NCBI GenBank assembly: GCA_024238995.1
Contig: JANBVL010000002.1
Coordinates: forward strand, 14,414-78,413
DNA from: Patescibacteria group bacterium
GTDB taxonomy: Bacteria; Patescibacteriota; Minisyncoccia; Minisyncoccales; JANBVM01
Direction: 5' to 3'
Length of the DNA stretch: 64,000 nucleotides
This document shows, one piece after another, positions 1 through 8,646 of the stretch; positions within the stretch are counted from its first letter, which is position 1; each line of letters opens with the position of its first letter. The notes beneath the pieces were generated by a model. The model saw only the letters and a list, made by a program, of their open reading frames with translations. It did not search any database and was not told the DNA's origin. Made by a program: the position numbers and the translations under genes.

Positions 1-1
1 T

Positions 2-1009
2 TTCAGGAAAAGACTGGAGAATCTTCCTGAACAACGTCAGGAAAGGCTTCAAGAATATATCGGAAAAATAAGTGGAGATAAAATAAAACATTTGGATATT
101 ATAAATTCTCTTGAAGGAGGAGAGCTTTCAGAAAAACTCAGGACCGTAATTGAAAGGGTAAGAGAAAAAAGCATTGAAGGAATAACAGACAACTATCAGG
201 GAACAATAACAAAAGAAAAGGCAGAGGCAGTAATTAAAGAAGCTCAAAGTTTGCTGGGGAAAATAACAAATATCATTACAGAAAAAAATGCCACCATACA
301 AGAAATACCTGATGCGTTTCGATTAGTTCAAGAGGCTGAGAAAAAACTAACACTGACTAAACAAGAGTTTGAGCAAGGAAATTATGGTAAAGCATATGGC
401 CAGGCAATAGCTGCCAGATCTTTAGCTGAAAATGCTATTAGAATTATGAAGATTAGAGCTGGATACCAAGACAACAGCGCAACAGGATCTTTAGTTTGCT
501 CTGACATTACAACTCCAGTTTGTGGGAAGGATGGAAAAACATATAGAAACATATGTGAAGCAAAGAGAAATACAGCAGAAATTGTTCATCGTGGAGAATG
601 TAAAACCAATATTGTGTGTGCCAGAGAAGGTGAAAAAGTCAACAGAAACCCAATTTTAGGAACAGTTGAAGAACACTGCTGTGAAGGACTAGAAGAAATA
701 AGAGCAACTAAATCCTATAGCATCTGTAAGAAACCTGGTGTTTCTTTTGAGTGCAGGGAAGACATAGACTGTCCTTTGTCCCGCTGTTTAACAAGCATAG
801 ATTCAACTTCAAAATGCGTTGAAGGAAAATGTGTTATTCCTCACTGTGAAGAACCAGTAGTTTGTATTCAAGTTATTACTCCTGCTAAAAACCGAACAAC
901 AGGAGAATGTAAAATCTTCTCAACCCCTTGTGATGTTCCAAGTGGATGGATCAAAGATGCTTCCTGTGGAATTCTGCGATTACAGCAAAAAATAGAATCT
1001 CAATTATAA
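2..1009 (+). CDS. 5'-truncated surface/secreted protein: helical region, Kazal-like domain and further Cys-rich modules
   Basis: The frame is open from base 2, so the gene starts left of the window. Kazal-like motif CSDITTPVCGKDGKTYRNICEA...HRGEC; C-terminal CIQVITPA...GEC...TPCDVPSGW module. Confidence 0.7.
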   Translation, partial: FRKRLENLPEQRQERLQEYIGKISGDKIKHLDIINSLEGGELSEKLRTVIERVREKSIEGITDNYQGTITKEKAEAVIKEAQSLLGKITNIITEKNATIQEIPDAFRLVQEAEKKLTLTKQEFEQGNYGKAYGQAIAARSLAENAIRIMKIRAGYQDNSATGSLVCSDITTPVCGKDGKTYRNICEAKRNTAEIVHRGECKTNIVCAREGEKVNRNPILGTVEEHCCEGLEEIRATKSYSICKKPGVSFECREDIDCPLSRCLTSIDSTSKCVEGKCVIPHCEEPVVCIQVITPAKNRTTGECKIFSTPCDVPSGWIKDASCGILRLQQKIESQL

Positions 1010-1050
1010 ACCAAGATAGAGGCTGATCAATAAACAGAGAGCTGATTAAA

Positions 1051-1078
1051 AAAAACAGCCTTGAATAGGGCTGTTTTT
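1051..1078 (+). terminator. Intrinsic terminator-like hairpin
   Basis: AAAAACAGCC...GGCTGTTTTT inverted repeat with a T tract, 42 nt after the stop codon. Confidence 0.6.
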
Positions 1079-1094
1079 ATGTTATACAAAGAAT

Positions 1095-3254
1095 ATGATT
1101 GCCAAAAAATACTTTATCCTTACTTATGGCTGCCAGATGAATATGTCTGATTCAGAAAGAATTGCTTTTTTGTTGGAAAATCAAGGATATCAACAAGCTT
1201 TAAATGAAACCATGGCTGATTTAATTGTAATCAATATGTGTTCAGTTCGACAGTCTGCAGTAAACAGAGTTTATGGACTTGGAGAAAAAATAAAAAAGCT
1301 TAAAAAAAAGAACAGGAATTTAAAAACAATCTTAACAGGCTGTGTTTCAAAAAAAGATCATAAAAAATTCATTAAAATATTTGATTTGGTTTTAAATATT
1401 AAAAGCTTGTCTCAATGGCCAAAATATTTTGAAGCTGGATTTTTATCAGAATTATGGCCGCCCTTACTAAGACAAGATAACCAATATTTTAAAATACAGC
1501 CCAAACAAATTAGTAAATTTTCAGCTTTAATTCCAATATCATCTGGTTGCAATAATTCCTGCGCTTATTGTGTAGTTCCTTTTACCCGCGGGCCCTTAAC
1601 CTGTAGAAGCCACAAGGAAATTATTAAAGAAACTAAAAGTGCAATAAAAAATGGCGCTAAAGAAATATGGCTTTTGGGTCAAAATGTTAATGATTATAAA
1701 TCCCCCGCTAATTCTAAAATAAACTTCTCAAAACTTTTAGAAATGATTAATAATATTAATGCTGATTTTTGGATAAGATTTACATCTCCAAATCCCAAAG
1801 ATTTTTCAAGCGAAATAATTAATGCAATAGCTAATCTTAAAAAGGTAACAGAATATCTTAATCTTCCAGTTCAGTCCGGAGATAACAAAATCTTAAAAGA
1901 AATGAATCGCAGTTATACGATAAAAAAGTATAAAGATTTAGTTACAAAAATAAGGAAGAAAATTCCGAATATCAGTTTATCCACTGATGCTATTGTTGGT
2001 TTTCCAACTGAAACTAAAAGCCAGTTTCAAAACACACTCAAGCTTTTTAAAGATGTTAAATTTGACATGGCCTATATTGCAAAGTACTCTCCCCGCCCCC
2101 GCACAAAAGCTAATAAATTAAAAGATGATATTTCTAAAAAAGAAAAACAGATTAGATGGGAGGCTCTAACAAAAACCCTTGAGAAAACTAGTTTGAAAAA
2201 GAATAAAAAATACATTGGGAAGGAAGTGGAAATACTTGTAAATGATTATAAAAATGGCTTTATACTGGGAAAGACCAGAACATATAAAACAGTGAAAATT
2301 AAAAATGATGATAAAGACTTAATAGGCAAAATCATTAAGGTAAAAATTACCAGTGCTCTGCCCTGGGGGCTAAAAGGCATTTTAGCTAAACCAAAACTAA
2401 TTGTTGTTTTAGGCTCTACTGCAACTGGAAAAACAGGTTTAGCGATTAAATTAGCTAAGCAGTTTAATGGTGAAATAGTTTCAGCTGACTCAAGACAGAT
2501 TTATAAAGAAATGGCTATTGGCACCGCAAAGCCAACTAAAAAAGAAACTAAAGCTATCCCCCACCATCTAATTAACTTTCTTCTTCCAAACAAAGATTTT
2601 AATGTTGCTTTGTATAAAAATAAAGCTTTAAAAGCTATTGATAAAATTCAGAAAACAGCAAAAATCCCATTTTTGGTTGGCGGAACAGGACTATATATTA
2701 GCTCAATTGTAAACAATATTGATTTTCCTAAGGTAAAACCCAATAAAAAATTAAGGAAGCAGCTTGAGAAAAAAAGCGTCAGACAACTATTTGAAATATA
2801 TAAAAAGCTGGATCCTAAGGGAGCTGAATTGATTGATAGAAATAACAAAAGAAGATTGGTGCGGGCAATTGAAGTTTCTGAAATTACTAAAAAACCATAT
2901 TGGGTTCAAAGACAAAAAAAAGAACCTTTGTTTGAAGTTCTACAAATTGGAATAAAACTTTCTAAAAAAGAACTGGAACAAAGGATTTCAAAAAGAACTG
3001 ATAAAATGTTCAAATTAGGACTTGAAAAAGAAGTTAAAAAATTAGCTAAAAAATATAGGAAGTCTCCCCTGCTTTCAACTATTGGTTATACTGAATGGTT
3101 TAAGAATAAAGATAAAAACAAAATTAAAAAAGCCATCAAGCTCCACACAATACAATTCACTAATCGCCAGATGACTTGGTTCAAAAAAGATAAAACAATT
3201 AACTGGATTAAAAACTATTCTCAAGCAGAAAAACTCATAAAACGCTTTTTATAG
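1095..3254 (+). CDS. miaB-miaA: Fused tRNA methylthiotransferase MiaB and tRNA dimethylallyltransferase MiaA
   Basis: TYGCQMN, NMCSVR and TGC (UPF0004 domain), radical-SAM CNNSCAYC, TRAM domain, then in frame IVVLGSTATGKT, SADSRQIY and VGGTGLY of MiaA. Confidence 0.93.
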   Translation: MIAKKYFILTYGCQMNMSDSERIAFLLENQGYQQALNETMADLIVINMCSVRQSAVNRVYGLGEKIKKLKKKNRNLKTILTGCVSKKDHKKFIKIFDLVLNIKSLSQWPKYFEAGFLSELWPPLLRQDNQYFKIQPKQISKFSALIPISSGCNNSCAYCVVPFTRGPLTCRSHKEIIKETKSAIKNGAKEIWLLGQNVNDYKSPANSKINFSKLLEMINNINADFWIRFTSPNPKDFSSEIINAIANLKKVTEYLNLPVQSGDNKILKEMNRSYTIKKYKDLVTKIRKKIPNISLSTDAIVGFPTETKSQFQNTLKLFKDVKFDMAYIAKYSPRPRTKANKLKDDISKKEKQIRWEALTKTLEKTSLKKNKKYIGKEVEILVNDYKNGFILGKTRTYKTVKIKNDDKDLIGKIIKVKITSALPWGLKGILAKPKLIVVLGSTATGKTGLAIKLAKQFNGEIVSADSRQIYKEMAIGTAKPTKKETKAIPHHLINFLLPNKDFNVALYKNKALKAIDKIQKTAKIPFLVGGTGLYISSIVNNIDFPKVKPNKKLRKQLEKKSVRQLFEIYKKLDPKGAELIDRNNKRRLVRAIEVSEITKKPYWVQRQKKEPLFEVLQIGIKLSKKELEQRISKRTDKMFKLGLEKEVKKLAKKYRKSPLLSTIGYTEWFKNKDKNKIKKAIKLHTIQFTNRQMTWFKKDKTINWIKNYSQAEKLIKRFL

Positions 3255-4718
3255 GTTGTCTTTTAAAATCTTTTCTGCTGTTTCAGGATTTACTCTTCCT
3301 TTTGTTCTTGCCATTACCTGACCTATTAAAAACTGGATTGCATTCTGCTTTCCTTTTTTAAAATCTAGCACTGCTCTTTCATTTTTTAAGATTACATCCT
3401 TTACAATGCCTATAATCTCGTTCTCATCTTGCATTAAATTTAACCCCTTTTCTTCAATAACATTTGAAGGATCAGCGCCTGTTTGAAACATTTCCAAAAG
3501 AACAGTTTTGGCAACCTTACTTAGTATTGTTTTGTTCTCAATTAAACTAATGAATTCAGCGAAGTTTTCTGGAGTTATTAAAAAGTCTTCACCCTCAACT
3601 GCTTTTTCTTTTAATAAACTTTGGAGGTCAGTAATAATGTAATTTACTGCCAAGGCAATCAATCTCTTGAGTTTGTCTTGTGGAATGTTCGGTTCAAATT
3701 CACTTGTTACTTTTTCAAAATACTCTGACAACTCTTTATTATGTATAAAAAATTCTACACTATCTTCGTCTAAACCATATTCTTCAGCAAACCTTATCCT
3801 TTTATTAGAAGGCAATTCAGGAATCTCGGCCTTGATACTATTAATCTCATTGTCATCAAAAACTAAAGGCTTTAAATCAGGCTCTGGAAAATACCTATAA
3901 TCATGAGCTTGTTCTTTTTCGCGCTGGGAAACTGTAACCATTTTAGATTCATCCCAACCTCTAGTTTCATGGAGTACTTTTTTTCCTGATTTTAAAAGCT
4001 TGGCCTGCCTCTTAATCTCATAGTCAACTGCTTTTTCTACTACTTTAAAAGAGTTAAGATTTTTAATTTCTACTTTTGTGCCCAGGTCTTTTGAGCCTCT
4101 AGGCTTCACTGACACATTAGCCTCTACTCTTAACTGGCCTTTTTCCATATTAGCCTCAGATACATCTAAGTATCTCAGTATTAATTGAAGCTCCTGACCG
4201 AATTTCTTGGCCTCTAAGGATGAATTAATATCAGGTTCAGTAACAAGCTCCATTAAAGGAATGCCAGCTCTATTAAAGTTAACCAAGCTATAATCTGCAC
4301 CTTTTGCATGTATTGAACTGCCAGTGTCTTCTTCTAAGTGAATCCTTGTAATTCTCACGCTTTTAGATCCTTGTCCTTTGATATTCAACTTTAACTCTCC
4401 TTTATAAGCTATGGGCATATCATACTGAGAAATCTGATAGCCTTTTGGCAGATCAGGGTAAAAATAATTTTTCCTATCAAATTTTGTAGGATTAGAAATC
4501 TTGCATTTCAAAGCCAAGCCAGTTTTAATAACTTTTCTAACTGCTTCTTTATTTATAACTGGAAGCGTTCCCGGTTGCGCTGTGCATATTGGGCAAATAT
4601 TAGTATTTGGATGCCTTTCGTCAGGATCATTACGACACGAACAAAACATTTTTGAATTAGTTTTTAATTCGGCATGAATCTCCAACCCTATTACTGGTTC
4701 AAATTCATTTTTTTCCAT
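3249..4718 (-). CDS. gatB: Asp/Glu-tRNA amidotransferase subunit B
   Basis: VIGLEIHAEL, FDRKNYFYPDLPKGYQISQ, DYRYFPEPDL motifs. Confidence 0.97.
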   Translation of the reverse strand: MEKNEFEPVIGLEIHAELKTNSKMFCSCRNDPDERHPNTNICPICTAQPGTLPVINKEAVRKVIKTGLALKCKISNPTKFDRKNYFYPDLPKGYQISQYDMPIAYKGELKLNIKGQGSKSVRITRIHLEEDTGSSIHAKGADYSLVNFNRAGIPLMELVTEPDINSSLEAKKFGQELQLILRYLDVSEANMEKGQLRVEANVSVKPRGSKDLGTKVEIKNLNSFKVVEKAVDYEIKRQAKLLKSGKKVLHETRGWDESKMVTVSQREKEQAHDYRYFPEPDLKPLVFDDNEINSIKAEIPELPSNKRIRFAEEYGLDEDSVEFFIHNKELSEYFEKVTSEFEPNIPQDKLKRLIALAVNYIITDLQSLLKEKAVEGEDFLITPENFAEFISLIENKTILSKVAKTVLLEMFQTGADPSNVIEEKGLNLMQDENEIIGIVKDVILKNERAVLDFKKGKQNAIQFLIGQVMARTKGRVNPETAEKILKDNL

Positions 4719-4721
4719 AAA

Positions 4722-5384
4722 TTATTTTTTAAAAAATTCCTTCATTATTTTAACTCCTGAGCTTGTTCCAATAATATCAGCCCCAGCTTTTACTGCTTCT
4801 TTTAAATCCTTGAGTGTCTTTATTTTCCCAGAAGCTTTAACTAATAAGCCGGGGGCTGATTTTTTCATTAATTTAAGATGATAGAATTTTTCTTTTAATT
4901 CCCTGTGCTCTAATGGATCTTTACTAGTAGCAGTTTTAACACAAATTGCTCCAGCTTTTTTTGCAATCTGACAAGCTTTAATAATCTCATCATCAGTTAA
5001 ATAACCTGAACCAATAATTATTTTAGTTGGCAATATCTTGCAAATTGGTTTCAAATCTTTTAATACTTTATTCCACAAACCGTGCTTTACATCAGGAATT
5101 GAATTAACAATATCAATATGATCACCCCCGTCTTTCTTAATCTTTTTACAAATTAAAACTCTTTCTTTGTGAGAACTATCACCTATTGGCTCATCAACCA
5201 AAACCACAATCTTAACATAAACTCCTTTAATTTGTTTTTTAACAAAACTTACCCATTCAGGGCGAATGCAAATTCCTCCAAAACCATGCCTTTTAACTTC
5301 TTCACAAAGTTTTTCAATGTCTTTTTTAGTTGCTTTGCTGCTGACATTGGTATGATCAATGATTTTTGCAATATTTTTAGTCAT
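4722..5384 (-). CDS. deoC: Deoxyribose-phosphate aldolase-like protein (divergent)
   Basis: IDHT, VKTATS, VKASGKIKT, IGTSSG motifs. Start placed at ATG 5384, which overlaps the tmk stop (ATGA). Confidence 0.8.
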   Translation of the reverse strand: MTKNIAKIIDHTNVSSKATKKDIEKLCEEVKRHGFGGICIRPEWVSFVKKQIKGVYVKIVVLVDEPIGDSSHKERVLICKKIKKDGGDHIDIVNSIPDVKHGLWNKVLKDLKPICKILPTKIIIGSGYLTDDEIIKACQIAKKAGAICVKTATSKDPLEHRELKEKFYHLKLMKKSAPGLLVKASGKIKTLKDLKEAVKAGADIIGTSSGVKIMKEFFKK

Positions 5385-6100
5385 AATGTCTTTTGAATTA
5401 TTCTCCAAACATCATCATGAATGATATTTGGTGATAATAATTTTCCGTTTTTAAAACACTCAATAATCTTAAAATCTTTTGGGAATTGTTTAGCAATCTC
5501 TAAATATGATTTTTCAGTATCTGAAAGGTGTTTTAAATCTTTTTCATGGATATCCCTTTTTTTTCTTCCCAAATAAATCTTTTTCTTAGCTTTTTTAATT
5601 TTATCAGTAATCTTTCCAGACAAGTCACGCGCTATCAAAGGAGGCATTTTAAAAATAAAAGAAAAGTTTGGTTTAGGAATATTAAAAATACTATACTCTA
5701 ATTCATATAACCAGTTTAAAAACTTGTTCCTTTCTTTTCTATTCTTTATCTTGCCACCCTGATGCCCTATATTAGATCCAACATACCTGTCTGTAATAAT
5801 AATCTTACCCTGTTTTAACCAGTCTCTGATCTGAAAACTAGCATCAAAACGATCACAAGCATAAAATATTGATGCCCTATAAGGCCCAACTTCTTTTGAT
5901 GTGCCATAGTTACCATTTAAATACTCTTCAACTAGCCCTGCTGATTTTTTACCATATTGAGGAAAATCTATGAAAGCAATTTTATATCCTTCTTTTTTAA
6001 GACGATTAGTTAATAGCTTTGATTGGGTTGATTTGCCTGAACCATCAATACCCTCCAAAGCAATGAACTTCCCCTTATAATTATTCTTTAACATATCCAT
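5381..6100 (-). CDS. tmk: Thymidylate kinase
   Basis: FIALEGIDGSGKSTQ P-loop and ITDRY motif. Confidence 0.92.
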   Translation of the reverse strand: MDMLKNNYKGKFIALEGIDGSGKSTQSKLLTNRLKKEGYKIAFIDFPQYGKKSAGLVEEYLNGNYGTSKEVGPYRASIFYACDRFDASFQIRDWLKQGKIIITDRYVGSNIGHQGGKIKNRKERNKFLNWLYELEYSIFNIPKPNFSFIFKMPPLIARDLSGKITDKIKKAKKKIYLGRKKRDIHEKDLKHLSDTEKSYLEIAKQFPKDFKIIECFKNGKLLSPNIIHDDVWRIIQKTL

Positions 6101-6161
6101 TATTTTAACATAAGGTTGGAAGAAAATAAAAAAATAGGGTATTAACCCTTTTAGAAGAGAA

Positions 6162-6701
6162 CTAAGAAGACATAATATTGTTTATCTCATCATCAATATA
6201 GTAAATCTCGTCAGCTACTGCTATAAGCAATCCTGATAAGCAATCTTTACCAGAAACAACAACTATCTTTTTCTTTTGCTCCCTTAGTACCTGAAGCGTT
6301 TCGGCATAATCTCCGTCGCCAGAAACTAAGTATATTTGAGCTACGTCTTCTGTAATCATTCTAGCAAAGGCAGCAAATATCCTTGAATCTACGCTGACCC
6401 TACTCGCACCAGAGAAATTAAAAGATATTCTTTCTTGTTCTAATTGTTGCTTCAATATAGGAAAATAATCTACAAGTCTAGTTTTCCTTTCTTCTTCTTT
6501 TGGTTTTTTGTCTTCGTAATAACAAAAAATTTCAGTGTTTTTGCCTTTTGCCAACCACTTAAAAAATTTCTTGAGTTGTTCATATTTAAATTTTGGAGAC
6601 GGCTTCATCTTTTTAAGAATGCTTATTATGGCCCCCATAAGGTTTTCATAATCAATAAAAACCCTTATTTTCATTTCATTATTATTGTCAATACTTTCCA
6701 A
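6162..6701 (-). CDS. NYN/LabA (PIN-like) domain protein
   Basis: VFIDYENL, LVSGDGDY and LIAVADEIYYID motifs; TTG start preceded by SD-like AGAGGTGA. Confidence 0.8.
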   Translation of the reverse strand: MESIDNNNEMKIRVFIDYENLMGAIISILKKMKPSPKFKYEQLKKFFKWLAKGKNTEIFCYYEDKKPKEEERKTRLVDYFPILKQQLEQERISFNFSGASRVSVDSRIFAAFARMITEDVAQIYLVSGDGDYAETLQVLREQKKKIVVVSGKDCLSGLLIAVADEIYYIDDEINNIMSS

Positions 6702-6735
6702 GTTTTTTTCACCTCTTTTGAAGTTACTACGTTCT

Positions 6736-6764
6736 AAAATACATCAATATAAGAAGATTGTCAA
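6736..6764 (-). promoter_or_regulatory. Sigma70-type promoter for the NYN gene
   Basis: TTGACA-17 nt-TATTTT on the minus strand. Confidence 0.5.
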
Positions 6765-6835
6765 TCCCCAAATAAAAAAAGCCTGTTAGATTAACAGAAG
6801 CCTAATTTAAGCCTTTTGCAAACAAGCTTGGCTTT

Positions 6836-7405
6836 TTATTCATCATCATAAAGCCTGCTTTCTTGAGGAAGCATATCAGAAATATATTTTGAGCCTTTTC
6901 TCTGAGAATAAGGAACTTTAGCCGGTGAAGATAAAGTTTCAAAAGCCAGCTGACAAATTCTCGTTTTGTCATATAAAAGGATTGATATTGGGCCAATATT
7001 GGTCATTTCTAAAGTAAGTCTTCCAGAAAATCCTGGATCAACATATCCAGCTGTGGAATGGACAATTAACCCCAACCTTCCCCAGCTGCTTCTTCCTTCA
7101 ATCCTAGCTCCAATATCAGCGCCTAAAGAAACTTTTTCCAGCGTTGCAGCTAAAACAAATTCTTTGGGATGAAGAATAAAAGGTTGGTCGTCTTGGATTT
7201 TTATCATCTTAGTCAAGCCTTCAAAAGTCCGGTGGTCTCTTGGATCAATGTGCGATCTCATTGAATGGTTAAAAACTTTAAATTCACTACCCAGTCTTAA
7301 ATCCAAAGAAGCTGGGCCTAATTGTTTTTCAAAATCAGGGGTTGGGCTAATTTTAATTTTCCCTTGCTGAATATATTTTTCAATATCTTGATCTGAAAGA
7401 ATCAT
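6836..7405 (-). CDS. dcd: dCTP deaminase
   Basis: MILSD, PASLDLRLG, EGRSSWGRLGL, DPGFSGRLTLE motifs. Confidence 0.95.
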   Translation of the reverse strand: MILSDQDIEKYIQQGKIKISPTPDFEKQLGPASLDLRLGSEFKVFNHSMRSHIDPRDHRTFEGLTKMIKIQDDQPFILHPKEFVLAATLEKVSLGADIGARIEGRSSWGRLGLIVHSTAGYVDPGFSGRLTLEMTNIGPISILLYDKTRICQLAFETLSSPAKVPYSQRKGSKYISDMLPQESRLYDDE

Positions 7406-7425
7406 TGAATTTCAAATAGAAACTA

Positions 7426-7848
7426 TTATTTAATTTCAATGCCCATATTCTTAGCAGTTCCCTCTACTATTCTCATTGCTGCTTCAATATCATCAGTATT
7501 AAAATCAGGCATTTTTTGCTCAGCTATTCTCTTTAATTGCTCTTTAGTAATTTTAGCAACTTTTATTTTATTTGGCTGGCCAGAACCTTTTTCAATACCA
7601 GCTGCTTTTTTAAGCAATTCTGATATAGGAGGTTTTTTTAACTTGAATATATATGTTCTATCTTCAAAAACAGTGATTTCAACTGGCACAACAAAACCCT
7701 GCTGATCGCCAGTCATATCATTAAACTTCCTGCAAAAATCAGCAATATTTAAGCCGTATTGAGCTAAAGCAGGACCCACTGGAGGAGCTGGAGTAGCCTT
7801 GCCTGCTGGAATCTGAACCTTAATTTTAGCAATTACTTTTTTAGCCAT
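7426..7848 (-). CDS. rplK: 50S ribosomal protein L11
   Basis: [16 protein letters not shown] motif. Confidence 0.98.
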   Translation of the reverse strand: MAKKVIAKIKVQIPAGKATPAPPVGPALAQYGLNIADFCRKFNDMTGDQQGFVVPVEITVFEDRTYIFKLKKPPISELLKKAAGIEKGSGQPNKIKVAKITKEQLKRIAEQKMPDFNTDDIEAAMRIVEGTAKNMGIEIK

Positions 7849-7856
7849 AATCTTAT

Positions 7857-8402
7857 TTATAATTTTTTAATTTGAAGCGAATCTAATTCTACTGGAGTAT
7901 CTCTGCCAAACATATTTACCAATACTTTTACTTTTCCTTTTTCTTCATCAATATCTGAAACCCTGCCATCAAAATCTTTAAATGGACCATCTATGATTTT
8001 AACTAAATCACCAGGTTTTACTTCAATCTTGTATTGAGGCTCTTTTTCTTCTATTCTTTCCATTAAACTGTCTATTTCTTTTTTAGAAACTGGAATTGGT
8101 GTTGTTCCAGCACCAATAAACCCAGTAACATTGGGTGTATTTCTAACAACATACCAAGAATCATCAGTAACAATCATTTCAACTAATACGTATCCAGGAT
8201 AAATCTTTTCTTCAACTGTTTTTCTTTTTCCGTCTTTAATCTTTATCTTTTTTTCCTTAGGCACAATAACACTAAAAATCTTATCTTCCATGCCTAAAGA
8301 CTCTATGCGCTGTTTAAGGTTTTTAGCAACTGATTCTTCGTATCCTGAGTAGGTATGAAGAACGTACCAAGATCTTTTTTGTGGTAATTTCTGCTTTGGC
8401 AT
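7857..8402 (-). CDS. nusG: Transcription factor NusG
   Basis: [30 protein letters not shown] and [11 protein letters not shown]. Confidence 0.98.
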   Translation of the reverse strand: MPKQKLPQKRSWYVLHTYSGYEESVAKNLKQRIESLGMEDKIFSVIVPKEKKIKIKDGKRKTVEEKIYPGYVLVEMIVTDDSWYVVRNTPNVTGFIGAGTTPIPVSKKEIDSLMERIEEKEPQYKIEVKPGDLVKIIDGPFKDFDGRVSDIDEEKGKVKVLVNMFGRDTPVELDSLQIKKL

Positions 8403-8406
8403 AATT

Positions 8407-8610
8407 TTAAAGTATGAATTTATCTAAAACTCTTGTAAAAAGAAAATCTATTCCACCTAAAAACGCTGCTGTAACTATAGAAACACCAATAATAATTAAA
8501 GTATATCTTATAGTTTCTTTTGTTGTTGGCCAATTTACTTTTTTAATTTCAAGCTTAACTTCCTTAAAAAAGTTATCAATTTTACTAAAAATGTTCATTA
8601 TACTTGGCAT
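8407..8610 (-). CDS. secE: Preprotein translocase subunit SecE
   Basis: EIKKVNWPT plus one TM helix, directly upstream of nusG; start may be the later ATG. Confidence 0.93.
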   Translation of the reverse strand: MPSIMNIFSKIDNFFKEVKLEIKKVNWPTTKETIRYTLIIIGVSIVTAAFLGGIDFLFTRVLDKFIL

Positions 8611-8646
8611 AATTACATTCTTATTTAATTCGTGATTAATTAGTGG

